Below are positions 32,203 to 40,504 of a DNA stretch of 64,000 nucleotides, piece after piece; position 1 is the stretch's first letter, and each line of letters begins with the position of its first letter. The notes below the pieces were generated by a model. That model had not been told where the DNA came from. It ran no database searches and saw nothing but the letters and a program-made list of their open reading frames with translations. The stretch lies in NCBI GenBank assembly GCA_963744145.1, contig CAVUSO010000001.1, positions 7,488,001 through 7,552,000 on the forward strand. Direction: 5' to 3'. This DNA comes from an uncultured cyanobacterium. GTDB lineage: Bacteria; Cyanobacteriota; Cyanobacteriia; Cyanobacteriales; CAWUOF01. Both the position numbers and the translations under genes were made by a program.

Positions 32203-33780
32203 TTATAATTCTCCGATCGCTAACATTTGAATCAATCGCGGTATCCCTGGATCAAACCCTGCTAAATCCCAAGACAAGGGATCTGAGGGATCGACCAAAG
32301 TAATCCGATCGGGTGCAAGAGTAATATACACCGCTTTAATATGACGATTTATTTGATCGCGGTATTTTTTCAATGCTTGACTAGGATGGGGATAACCTAC
32401 CCAACTTTCACTATCAGTCCAAAAACAAATCACATCGGCTTTAAAATTATGATCAATCATCCATTCATAAGCAACACTAGCATTCGTACCACCAAAATTT
32501 TGATTGCTCGCTTTAGTCATTGCTGAACTAAAAGAATCCTGGTGAGAAATTTTGAGATTGCGAAACTCAGTAGCAAAACCTCGGATCGCATAATGTTTTT
32601 CAGCTTTTGCGGTTACTAAGGACATAACTGTGGCAATTTCACAACAACTAAGTCCGACGGAAGTCACCAAACTAGACATCGAGCCAGAAACATCGATCGC
32701 GTGCATAAATACTTTTCCAGTTGGTTCGATAATTTCCAAGGACATCTCCACAGCTTTTTCTAGAATCTCCACAATTTTATCAACAGGATGCCAAGTTTTG
32801 TGAGTGCGTCCTAACTTTCCTTGAGACTGGTAAGTTTTCAAAGCTTTCAACACACTAATTGGATGAATATATCCTTTTCGTAAATGATCTTTGTGATTTA
32901 AAATAGCTTCAACTCGGGCTAAATTTTCTAATTCATTTGGTGCTAAAATACCAATTTCTGTTAAAGAACCCAAATTACGCAATAAAGCACCGATCGGCAT
33001 TTCTTGAAATAATAATTGCCATGCTTGTTTATCCATTATCCCAATCGGAGCAGCCATTTCATGGGTTAAATGACCTTGAGCGATCGCGAGATAAGTTTGT
33101 TCAGGATTACGTTTTAGCCATTCATACCACCAAATTTGGGCTAATTCTGGAGCGGGAATTTCTGCTGGTAAATCTTCCCAACCTTTGACTACCCAATTAA
33201 ACAATAGTTGATGAGAAATTGTCGGTGGCTTAACATGAAATAACCGTAACGCATCACGATTAGTAAACCCATGACGTTGCCGATACTTTAATAATTGATA
33301 AGCTAAACTTTTGACATCTGAATTAGTGAGCCAATTTTTCCCAACTGCGCGAATAATTGCCCCAAAACCGCGTAAAGACTTAGTATAACTTAACCATTCA
33401 TAAAAATGACTACCAGTGCGAACAACTTGTGGAAAAATTTCTTGAAACGCTTTTTTTGCTTGGCGTGATTCACCCATTGATAATAAGACTAAAGCAAAAA
33501 TTGGAGCGCTCTGATTAATCGCATTGCCATCACTAGCATAAAGAATTTCATCAGCTACTTGTCGGGGATCAGTCGCGATCGCTTGATTTAAAACTGCGAC
33601 AAAGTCTTCAGTTAATTCAGACTGACCAGCATAATAAGTGCTTTGAGCAGTACCAATTAACAAACAACGTCGCAGCAGTTTCCAAATTCCCGCATTAAAC
33701 ATAAATCCTCCTGAACGTCCACGGATCATCTCCGCTTCGCGTCCAGGAATCGGCTGAATTTGAGGTGTATTGGTCATCAT
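32203..33780 (-). CDS. rsr: Ro60/Rsr ortholog (TROVE + VWA domain RNA-binding protein)
   Basis: LRRCLLIGT, YQLLKYRQRHG...RDALRL.H, MPIGALLRNLG, AIDVSGSM (MIDAS), GGT, WTDSESW. Start reassigned to ATG 33780 because the track's upstream extension lies inside a tRNA-like RNA. Confidence 0.92.
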   Translation of the reverse strand: MMTNTPQIQPIPGREAEMIRGRSGGFMFNAGIWKLLRRCLLIGTAQSTYYAGQSELTEDFVAVLNQAIATDPRQVADEILYASDGNAINQSAPIFALVLLSMGESRQAKKAFQEIFPQVVRTGSHFYEWLSYTKSLRGFGAIIRAVGKNWLTNSDVKSLAYQLLKYRQRHGFTNRDALRLFHVKPPTISHQLLFNWVVKGWEDLPAEIPAPELAQIWWYEWLKRNPEQTYLAIAQGHLTHEMAAPIGIMDKQAWQLLFQEMPIGALLRNLGSLTEIGILAPNELENLARVEAILNHKDHLRKGYIHPISVLKALKTYQSQGKLGRTHKTWHPVDKIVEILEKAVEMSLEIIEPTGKVFMHAIDVSGSMSSLVTSVGLSCCEIATVMSLVTAKAEKHYAIRGFATEFRNLKISHQDSFSSAMTKASNQNFGGTNASVAYEWMIDHNFKADVICFWTDSESWVGYPHPSQALKKYRDQINRHIKAVYITLAPDRITLVDPSDPLSWDLAGFDPGIPRLIQMLAIGEL

Positions 33781-33784
33781 ATTA

Positions 33785-33927
33785 TGGGGTAGCGGGACGG
33801 GATTTGAACCCGTAACTTCCGGAAAATTAGTCAAGGATCAGTCTAAAAGTAGATTGTAATCAATAAACCTCGACTTTTCGGCCCATTGAGGCAAGGTTGG
33901 CACTCTACCAATTGAGTTATCCGCTAC
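33785..33927 (-). ncRNA. tRNA-framed Y-RNA-like RNA 1 (permuted YrlA-like; encoded CCA)
   Basis: Acceptor GTAGCGGA/CCCGCTAC + C + CCA; D arm ACTC-AATTGGTA-GAGT; T arm ACGGG-TTCAAAT-CCCGT; Ro-type helix CTTGCCT-caat-GGGCCGAA; helix AGTCGAGG/CCTTGACT. Confidence 0.8.
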
Positions 33928-33954
33928 AAGAAATTAGGAAACGAGAGGATAGAA

Positions 33955-34083
33955 GGTGACGGAGCAGGATTTGAACCTGCGTCTCCTGCGGGGTAGGCAA
34001 TAACCCTCAATTATTCGGCCCTGACGGACAAGTTGTTAATCAAGGATGTTTTTGGTATCCTGAGCCTCTAGACGATCCGTCAC
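33955..34083 (-). ncRNA. tRNA-framed Y-RNA-like RNA 2 (permuted YrlA-like)
   Basis: Acceptor GTGACGGA/TCCGTCAC; D arm TCGTCTAGAGGCTCAGGATAC; T arm GCAGG-TTCAAAT-CCTGC; helix ATCCTTGATTA/TAATTGAGGGT enclosing CTTGTCC-gtca-GGGCCGAA. Confidence 0.8.
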
Positions 34084-34296
34084 ATCATCAATATTATATT
34101 AGGTCTGGTGGTTTTGATGCTGCCACCCAAGCTAGACCATACATCACTAGCGTGAATATTCCAGGATTACATCGCGATCATCCCCAGACTAGATCGGGTT
34201 TAGTCTAAGTTTCGGTAATTTTACTGTAGACAACATCGATTTTCGATGTTCTACTTGTGTGATAAGGTGGTCAACGAATAGGATGAGAAAAATAAA

Positions 34297-34485
34297 ATGA
34301 ATAAAATAACTAACAACGAAGTTATTGGTGACAGCGAAGTTATTGGTGACAATGAATTTAGTGAACAGATCCGTGAACTAAGTAACGAGGAATTTGATCA
34401 CGAGGTGGTTAAGGAAAATACTGACACTTCTGATTGGAAATTCTCCGGACAAGATTACTTCTGGTTGGCTTTTGGGTGTCATTAA
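34297..34485 (+). CDS. Small acidic hypothetical peptide
   Basis: 62-aa ORF with a purine-rich upstream sequence (AGGATGAG); internal 18-nt duplication (EVIGD x2); acidic body and aromatic C-terminus. Confidence 0.5.
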   Translation: MNKITNNEVIGDSEVIGDNEFSEQIRELSNEEFDHEVVKENTDTSDWKFSGQDYFWLAFGCH

Positions 34486-34597
34486 TTTTTAACAATAATC
34501 AGCAAGCTTGAGCGGTATTTTTACCTTAGATATCAAAATATTTAAAATCATCTTCCAATGCTTTGATCAAGGTTTTGGAGGATATTTACTTAGTTTA

Positions 34598-35878
34598 CTA
34601 TGATTTTACTGGGAATGTAGCCAGAATTTTTTTAGCAAAGATGAAAGCTTGTTCAGTTGTGGAAATTTTACCTTCAATATGTGCTAACTGAATTTGAGTA
34701 AGTAACCAACCAACTTGGGGACCTGGAGGAATTTGTAAAGCTTGGATCAAATCCTTACCATTAAGCAAAGGAATCGGGTGAGCAACTAAATCATCAGGAT
34801 CAAGATAGCGCTGAATTAAAGGTGCGATCGCATCTAGGTCAGCTCCTACAGCTAAAGCTAAAACAACTATAGCCGGAAAACCTTTCTCTAAAGTCCGAAA
34901 GAAAAAAAACTGCTCAGGTAAAGAAAAATCAGCTGCTGTTTGGAGCGATCGCAACTTCGGTAAAAATTGCAGCAGGACATTAACCGCATGAATTTCTGCC
35001 CGACTAGATTTTAACTCCCGCATCAACAACGGATCAAGCTCAGTTTTGGCAATTCCCGGAGATAGTAAACTGGTTAACTTCGCGATCGCTAACCAACTCA
35101 AAGGATACATTCCTCGGACTTGAACCGATAAATCTAATACTAATTGCGGCCAATTTTCTGTTAAAATTACTACTGCACGATCAATTGCAGCTAATTGTAC
35201 TAAACTCTCAGCCGTAATATCTAATTGTAAAGCTGCTGATAATCCCCCATCTTCCCAAGCAAGAGTTAACCATCTTGTCCCCTGGGAATGATTAAGCAAA
35301 TAGCTAATTTCCATCAAAATTCGCTCTTTTGCTACTCTTACCAATAAATCAGCACAATTACGCATTGCTACTCTTGTATCTGTTGCGATCGTCAAACCTA
35401 ATTGAGCAGCTTGTCGATAACCTCGTAGGATTCGTAACGGATCATCCTCCAAATTAGCTTGGGAAATCATCCGAATGATTCTCCGTTCCAAATCAACCTG
35501 ACCTTGAAGTGGGTCAAAAAAAACTCTCTGGTGAGGACTATAGGCGATCGCATTAATGGTATAATCCCGTCGATGCAAGTCTTGCGTTAAAGTAGCACCT
35601 TCCTGTTGAGCAAAATCTGCTGTCCCATGAGCAAATACAACTCGCGCAATTTGTCGCTGGGGATCTAACAAGACAAAACCACCATCACACACTTGAGCAA
35701 TCTTCCGAGCTGTCTTAACCGCATTTACAGGTAAGACAAAATCCAAATCAAAATAATCGGACTTTCGTCCTAGCAAAGCATCTCGGACTGAACCACCAAC
35801 CAAATAAGCAGACTCTGGTAATAAACTTAAACTAAATGGCCAATGTTCAGGAGATAATGCTAGAAAATCACTGTCCAT
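34598..35878 (-). CDS. tRNA nucleotidyltransferase / poly(A) polymerase family (probably CC-adding type)
   Basis: LVGGSVRDALL..DLDF, DL.RRDYTINAIA, EDDPLRILR motifs; short form without DHH/CBS domains. Confidence 0.88.
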   Translation of the reverse strand: MDSDFLALSPEHWPFSLSLLPESAYLVGGSVRDALLGRKSDYFDLDFVLPVNAVKTARKIAQVCDGGFVLLDPQRQIARVVFAHGTADFAQQEGATLTQDLHRRDYTINAIAYSPHQRVFFDPLQGQVDLERRIIRMISQANLEDDPLRILRGYRQAAQLGLTIATDTRVAMRNCADLLVRVAKERILMEISYLLNHSQGTRWLTLAWEDGGLSAALQLDITAESLVQLAAIDRAVVILTENWPQLVLDLSVQVRGMYPLSWLAIAKLTSLLSPGIAKTELDPLLMRELKSSRAEIHAVNVLLQFLPKLRSLQTAADFSLPEQFFFFRTLEKGFPAIVVLALAVGADLDAIAPLIQRYLDPDDLVAHPIPLLNGKDLIQALQIPPGPQVGWLLTQIQLAHIEGKISTTEQAFIFAKKILATFPVKS

Positions 35879-36450
35879 GTCAAGGAAAAATTCATTTTAA
35901 TTCAATCCGGTTCAGTTAACCGTAGGGGCAAAGCATTTCGGCGCATCAATGATGGCTGAAGCGAAGAATAATATGACCGAAATGCTTTGCCCTCACCATC
36001 TATGCAGCCAACAGATCAACTATATATTAAAATACATTCAGTTAAGATTTTTTGGGAACTCACTATCCATGTCAAGGAAAAATTCATTTTAATTCAATCC
36101 GGTTCAGTTAACCGTAGGGGCAAAGCATTTCGGCGCATCAATGATGGCTGAAGCGTTTACCCTGAGCGTAGTCGAAGGGAAGAATAATATGACCGAAATG
36201 CTTTGCCCTCACCATCTATGCAGCCAACAGATCAACTATATATTAAAATACATTCAGTTAAGATTTTTTGGGAACTCTCGGCGAAGAAGGGCGAAGCATT
36301 CGGATCTAATATTACTGGCTTGATTGTTTAATTGTCGCCCGAATGCTTCGCCCCTACGGTTAACTGAACTTTATTGGGCGTTGCTGATTTACGGTATGAA
36401 TAAATAATTTGTAGGGGCGCAAGAGCCATACGCCCCTACGGTTAACTGAA
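35870..36450. repeat. Inverted copies of the BIME-like unit with a local tandem duplication
   Basis: 35870-36060 is repeated at 36061 to about 36277, the second copy carrying an extra TTTACCCTGAGCGTAGTCGAAGGG. REP hairpins follow that match the 9510-11058 family in reverse orientation. Confidence 0.85.
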
Positions 36451-36462
36451 TTGTATTGCATT

Positions 36463-37146
36463 TTAATTTTGTTGATCTGGCACAGTTAAAGTAGGAAATG
36501 GAGCTTGATCTTTAACTTCAATTAAACCTGGACGTAAAGATAAATAAACTAAAGGTCCAAAGAGTGGAATTAATCTGACTCCCCAAAAAATCGGAGCATC
36601 TGACAATCCCCGTCGAGCTAAATCATCTCCTAATAAGCTAGGAAATAATAGAGTAAGTAGCGCAAAATCTAAACCCATGACATGAATAAATCGGTTAGTT
36701 TGCCATTGGTGAATAAAATCTCCCCCATCTCCCTTCACCCCATAAGCAACTAAACTAATTGCGATCGCTGTCAAAATAATTCCTGTCCAGCGAGAATCTA
36801 ATAACTTAATCAACCAATTTTTGGCACCGACAAATTCTGGGTTAGATTGACGTAAAGCTAAATAGGGTAAAACCATAAAAGCTCCTACCGCTAAAGACCC
36901 CAAAACAAAAGGCCAAGCTCTTACTTTTTGTCCTCTACCATCAATTAATAATACACAAGCATAAATCATCGGCCAAACACCCATGATGTTAAATAGGGCG
37001 ACAATTAGAGGATTGATATTTGCTACCTCGCCCATCGCCAAATTTTTAATTAAGGTAATATTATTAGGATCATCCGGAGGAGCCAATAGGAAAGCATATA
37101 GTAAAAAAGCACCCCATAATAACCAAAAACCAATCTTGGGATTCAT
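36463..37146 (-). CDS. Conserved cyanobacterial membrane protein (DUF2834-like)
   Basis: Multiple TM helices; LFNIMGVWP, LPYLALR, FIHVMGLDF, DDLARRG motifs. Confidence 0.7.
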   Translation of the reverse strand: MNPKIGFWLLWGAFLLYAFLLAPPDDPNNITLIKNLAMGEVANINPLIVALFNIMGVWPMIYACVLLIDGRGQKVRAWPFVLGSLAVGAFMVLPYLALRQSNPEFVGAKNWLIKLLDSRWTGIILTAIAISLVAYGVKGDGGDFIHQWQTNRFIHVMGLDFALLTLLFPSLLGDDLARRGLSDAPIFWGVRLIPLFGPLVYLSLRPGLIEVKDQAPFPTLTVPDQQN

Positions 37147-37165
37147 AATTTTAGATTAATAATTG

Positions 37166-38257
37166 CTAACTAAGCGCTTCAGACAGATAATCAGCCGCAG
37201 CTTCGACCACTGCGATCGCATTTTCATAAACCATCCTTGTTGGTCCAAGTACACCCACACTACCCACGGGAACAGAACCTCGTCGATAAGTTGAAGAAAT
37301 AAAGCTACAATTGCGAATTGGTACTAAGGGATTCTCGGAACCAATCCACACATTTACCCGTTTACTGTCGGAAGTAGGTTGACCATCATCAGGACGATCA
37401 AAAAATAATGGTAATAATTGCTCTTGTTCTTCTTCCAACAAGTGCATAATCATCTGGAGCCGATTCAATTCAGAAAATTCTGGTTGTCGCAATACTTCAG
37501 CCACTCCACTAATAAAAATATAGGTAGAAGGGGGTGTTTGGGTGCGACGGTTTAAATCAGCTAATAGTAATTGTAAAGTATCAGCATAACATTCAAATTT
37601 CCGATCTAATTCCGTCCAATCTAGGGTCGCTAACTCAACCAGCGATCGCCCTCTTAACTGACTATTTAAAAAATTCGACAAAATTTGCAATTCCCGATCC
37701 ACCATTTCCAGATCTAGGGTGCCAGAATAGCTTTCTTTTGGTAATTCCATCAAAACCGACTGAGTTTCATAACTATCAGTCACCACAATCAACATTACTC
37801 TCCCAGGATCTATTTGCACCAATTGCACATGACGCAATTTAGTCGTGTTAGTTTGGGGCATAGTAATTAGGGTAATATAACCGCTAATCGTCGCCAGAAT
37901 TTGGGATGCACCACGGAGCAACACTTCCAAACTCTGTTCTTCCCAATTCAAGCGATCGCGCAGCACTCGATCGACTTCACGGGTTAAATTATTAGCTGGT
38001 GCAATTAACTGGTCAACATAAATCCGATAACCAGAATCCGAGGGAATCCGACCAGCAGAAGTATGGGGTTGATAGAGCAATCCAGCTTTTTCTAAAAATC
38101 CCATCGCATTGCGAATAGTTGCAGGACTAACACTCAGATTATATTCCTCTAGCAAAGCTTTAGATCCTACTGGTTCAGCAGTAGCAATATAATGGCGTAC
38201 TGTTGCCCAGAGGATATGTTGTTGTCGTTCTGTTAGATTAATTTTTTTAGACATCAT
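37166..38257 (-). CDS. hrcA: Heat-inducible transcription repressor
   Basis: [47 protein letters not shown]. Confidence 0.95.
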   Translation of the reverse strand: MMSKKINLTERQQHILWATVRHYIATAEPVGSKALLEEYNLSVSPATIRNAMGFLEKAGLLYQPHTSAGRIPSDSGYRIYVDQLIAPANNLTREVDRVLRDRLNWEEQSLEVLLRGASQILATISGYITLITMPQTNTTKLRHVQLVQIDPGRVMLIVVTDSYETQSVLMELPKESYSGTLDLEMVDRELQILSNFLNSQLRGRSLVELATLDWTELDRKFECYADTLQLLLADLNRRTQTPPSTYIFISGVAEVLRQPEFSELNRLQMIMHLLEEEQEQLLPLFFDRPDDGQPTSDSKRVNVWIGSENPLVPIRNCSFISSTYRRGSVPVGSVGVLGPTRMVYENAIAVVEAAADYLSEALS

Positions 38258-38284
38258 TGTAAACAGCCTTGGTGATTAACTCTA

Positions 38285-38647
38285 TTAATATCGAGCTACT
38301 TTCGGATCGACTAGGAGGGAATAAGCATCAATTCCACCAACCACATTTTTGACATTAGTGAAACCTTGATTCTGCAACCACTGACACATTTGAGCAGAAC
38401 GCACCCCATGATGACAAAGTACCAAGGTTTCTGTATGGGGATCAAAACGGGTCTTAATTTGGTCAGACCATTGGGCAAAAGCACTTAAAGACAAAGTTTC
38501 AAACCCTGGTAAAGACGCGATCGCGATTTCCTCTGGTTCCCTGACATCTAATAGCTGTAAACGATCAGCCGGATCTCTTTGTAAATAAGAGGCTAATTCT
38601 TTCACGGTAATTTGAGGAATGGATTGATCAGAAAATTGATTGGTCAT
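38285..38647 (-). CDS. Rhodanese-related sulfurtransferase
   Basis: LLDVREPEE; LCHHGVRS; GGIDAYS. Confidence 0.9.
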   Translation of the reverse strand: MTNQFSDQSIPQITVKELASYLQRDPADRLQLLDVREPEEIAIASLPGFETLSLSAFAQWSDQIKTRFDPHTETLVLCHHGVRSAQMCQWLQNQGFTNVKNVVGGIDAYSLLVDPKVARY

Positions 38648-38700
38648 TGGTTAATATCTAGGTAATTCAATTTTAGGGGCAATAGTTAGACCAGATTTTT

Positions 38701-39819
38701 TTACTGTCCTACTGGAGTCTGTTGATGCACCGGACTATTTTCAGCTAAGGATGGTTGTTCTTGACCTATTTGATTTTCCTGTCGATAGCCAAACAATAGC
38801 CAACAAAAGGCTTGTCCAGCTTGGAGATTGTATGGTTTATCACCACGATGAAACAATTGAATCGCTATCTCCCTATCTTTCAATGCCAAAATTGGTACAG
38901 GAATACCATCATTTAATTCGACCATAGTAGCAGTTAAACCCGGATGAGACTGCAATTTTTTCACTAATTGCACTCGTGGTAATTGAGAAATACCACTAAT
39001 TTGAAAACCTAACTGACAGATAATTGTTTGACCAGGTGTTAAAGTGATCGCATCTAGACGTTTGAGTACCCAAGACATTTTGCCGCGATCGGGCCAGGCT
39101 AGGAAAAACTGGTTAGTCAGCCAGCAGGAGATGGCCATTGACTTCAATCCTTTAGTTGGTAGAGGAAGATGAGGATTAATGTCCTTAATTATTGGTAATC
39201 GGATCAAATGGGGCAAAGGAACCAAAGAAATTTCCTGGGTTGCTGGTACTTCTGCGATCGCATCATCTACAGATACCCCTAATTGTTTGGCTCGATAGGG
39301 CATATTTGCTAGATAATTCATCGCTGTTGGTTCTAGCTGATGATTAGTTGGGAGATCTAGGTTTTCCTCAGTTAGTAAATCTGGGGTGGAAAGCGCCGGT
39401 AAACTTGACTGAGTAGATGGAAACGACTCTTGCCATTCACTTTCGATAAATTCTGAAACTGCGGAAATATGTGCGCGAATCGCTGATGATTTTGCTGGTT
39501 CCGAGTTCTGTCTTAACGGAGAATAACTTAAGGGATGGGCATGATTAGAGACAACAAGATCTTGATCACCATTTTGCTGCTTTCTTCTTTGTTGGATATA
39601 TTGTTGCATCACATCCTGACGGATCTGCATATATTGGCCCCAAAAACCCGGGTGAATCTCATCCATGGTTTGGGTAATCGCCCACAGTTCCAAGGACATG
39701 AGATTATAAAAGGTATCATCGGCTTTTTGAAGAGCTTTGATCCAAGCTTCAATATCTGGGTTTAGCTGTCGCTCAAAATTTTCTTTTCCCTGATCATTTG
39801 GTAATCTGGTCATTGGCAA
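38701..39819 (-). CDS. Hypothetical protein: N-terminal helical domain shared with its neighbour, low-complexity linker, C-terminal dUTPase-like beta domain
   Basis: 372-aa ORF; domain interpretation is by eye (see findings). Confidence 0.7.
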   Translation of the reverse strand: MPMTRLPNDQGKENFERQLNPDIEAWIKALQKADDTFYNLMSLELWAITQTMDEIHPGFWGQYMQIRQDVMQQYIQQRRKQQNGDQDLVVSNHAHPLSYSPLRQNSEPAKSSAIRAHISAVSEFIESEWQESFPSTQSSLPALSTPDLLTEENLDLPTNHQLEPTAMNYLANMPYRAKQLGVSVDDAIAEVPATQEISLVPLPHLIRLPIIKDINPHLPLPTKGLKSMAISCWLTNQFFLAWPDRGKMSWVLKRLDAITLTPGQTIICQLGFQISGISQLPRVQLVKKLQSHPGLTATMVELNDGIPVPILALKDREIAIQLFHRGDKPYNLQAGQAFCWLLFGYRQENQIGQEQPSLAENSPVHQQTPVGQ

Positions 39820-40041
39820 TGCCCCTTCCCATTAGTCTGCTTCTGACTACTTGTTTCATCAAAAATTTATTTAGTTGTTTGAGCTTGCCACTAATTTAAC
39901 TAAAACCTCAATCGGGGTAATACCCCTAACTAAATTTATTTAGGTATGAGCAAAATTGACCAGAGACCTATTGTTGTGCAGTGGATGATATTACTATTAT
40001 TTTAATCGTTCCCCAATTTTGGTTTTTTCATAACATGGCGT

Positions 40042-40338
40042 TTAGTTGGATGAATTGCCATCAGCATCATTATTAGGTGCATCTTCAGTGGTTGTCTTCT
40101 GCTGCATAAACTGCTTTAATGCTTCCCGTCTATTAGCCATGAAACGACTCCAAAAACCAGGAAATAATTGATCCATAGTTTTGGCGATCGACCAAACCTC
40201 AAGCGCCATCATATTATAAAACAAACGATCTGATCGTTGGAGGGCTTTAATCCACTGGTCGATATTCATCGCATTCGGTGGCCCTGGGGAATTGGAGGTT
40301 TTCGAGTAAGGTCGTTGATTTACTTCAGCTTTAGACAT
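40042..40338 (-). CDS. Hypothetical protein, paralog of the N-terminal domain of 38701-39819
   Basis: Shared WIKALQ..D..FYN.M.LE.W.I..TMD...PGFW motif. Confidence 0.75.
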   Translation of the reverse strand: MSKAEVNQRPYSKTSNSPGPPNAMNIDQWIKALQRSDRLFYNMMALEVWSIAKTMDQLFPGFWSRFMANRREALKQFMQQKTTTEDAPNNDADGNSSN

Positions 40339-40504
40339 AAATATCGCCTATCATAAAAATCAAATCTATCTAGACCTGTGGTGCAGGGCAAACCCTGACA
40401 CAATTCAGTCAAACTTTATTACTAATTAGTCTGTGAGAGTCGGAAAGTAGTTTAGGTAATGGCATTATAGTATTTGTGATCGATTAATCCCCAAATAGTT
40501 TCTG

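Noticed and set aside
33781..33834. N-terminal extension of Ro60 from TTG 33834 (ORF track)
   Set aside because: It translates the T arm and acceptor stem of the RNA (EVTGSNPVP is a typical tRNA shadow); ATG 33780 is more plausible
33785..34083. Ordinary tRNA genes, or tRNAs with introns
   Set aside because: There is no 7-nt anticodon loop. The inserts are far too short for group I introns and instead carry the Ro-binding helix next to a Ro60 gene.
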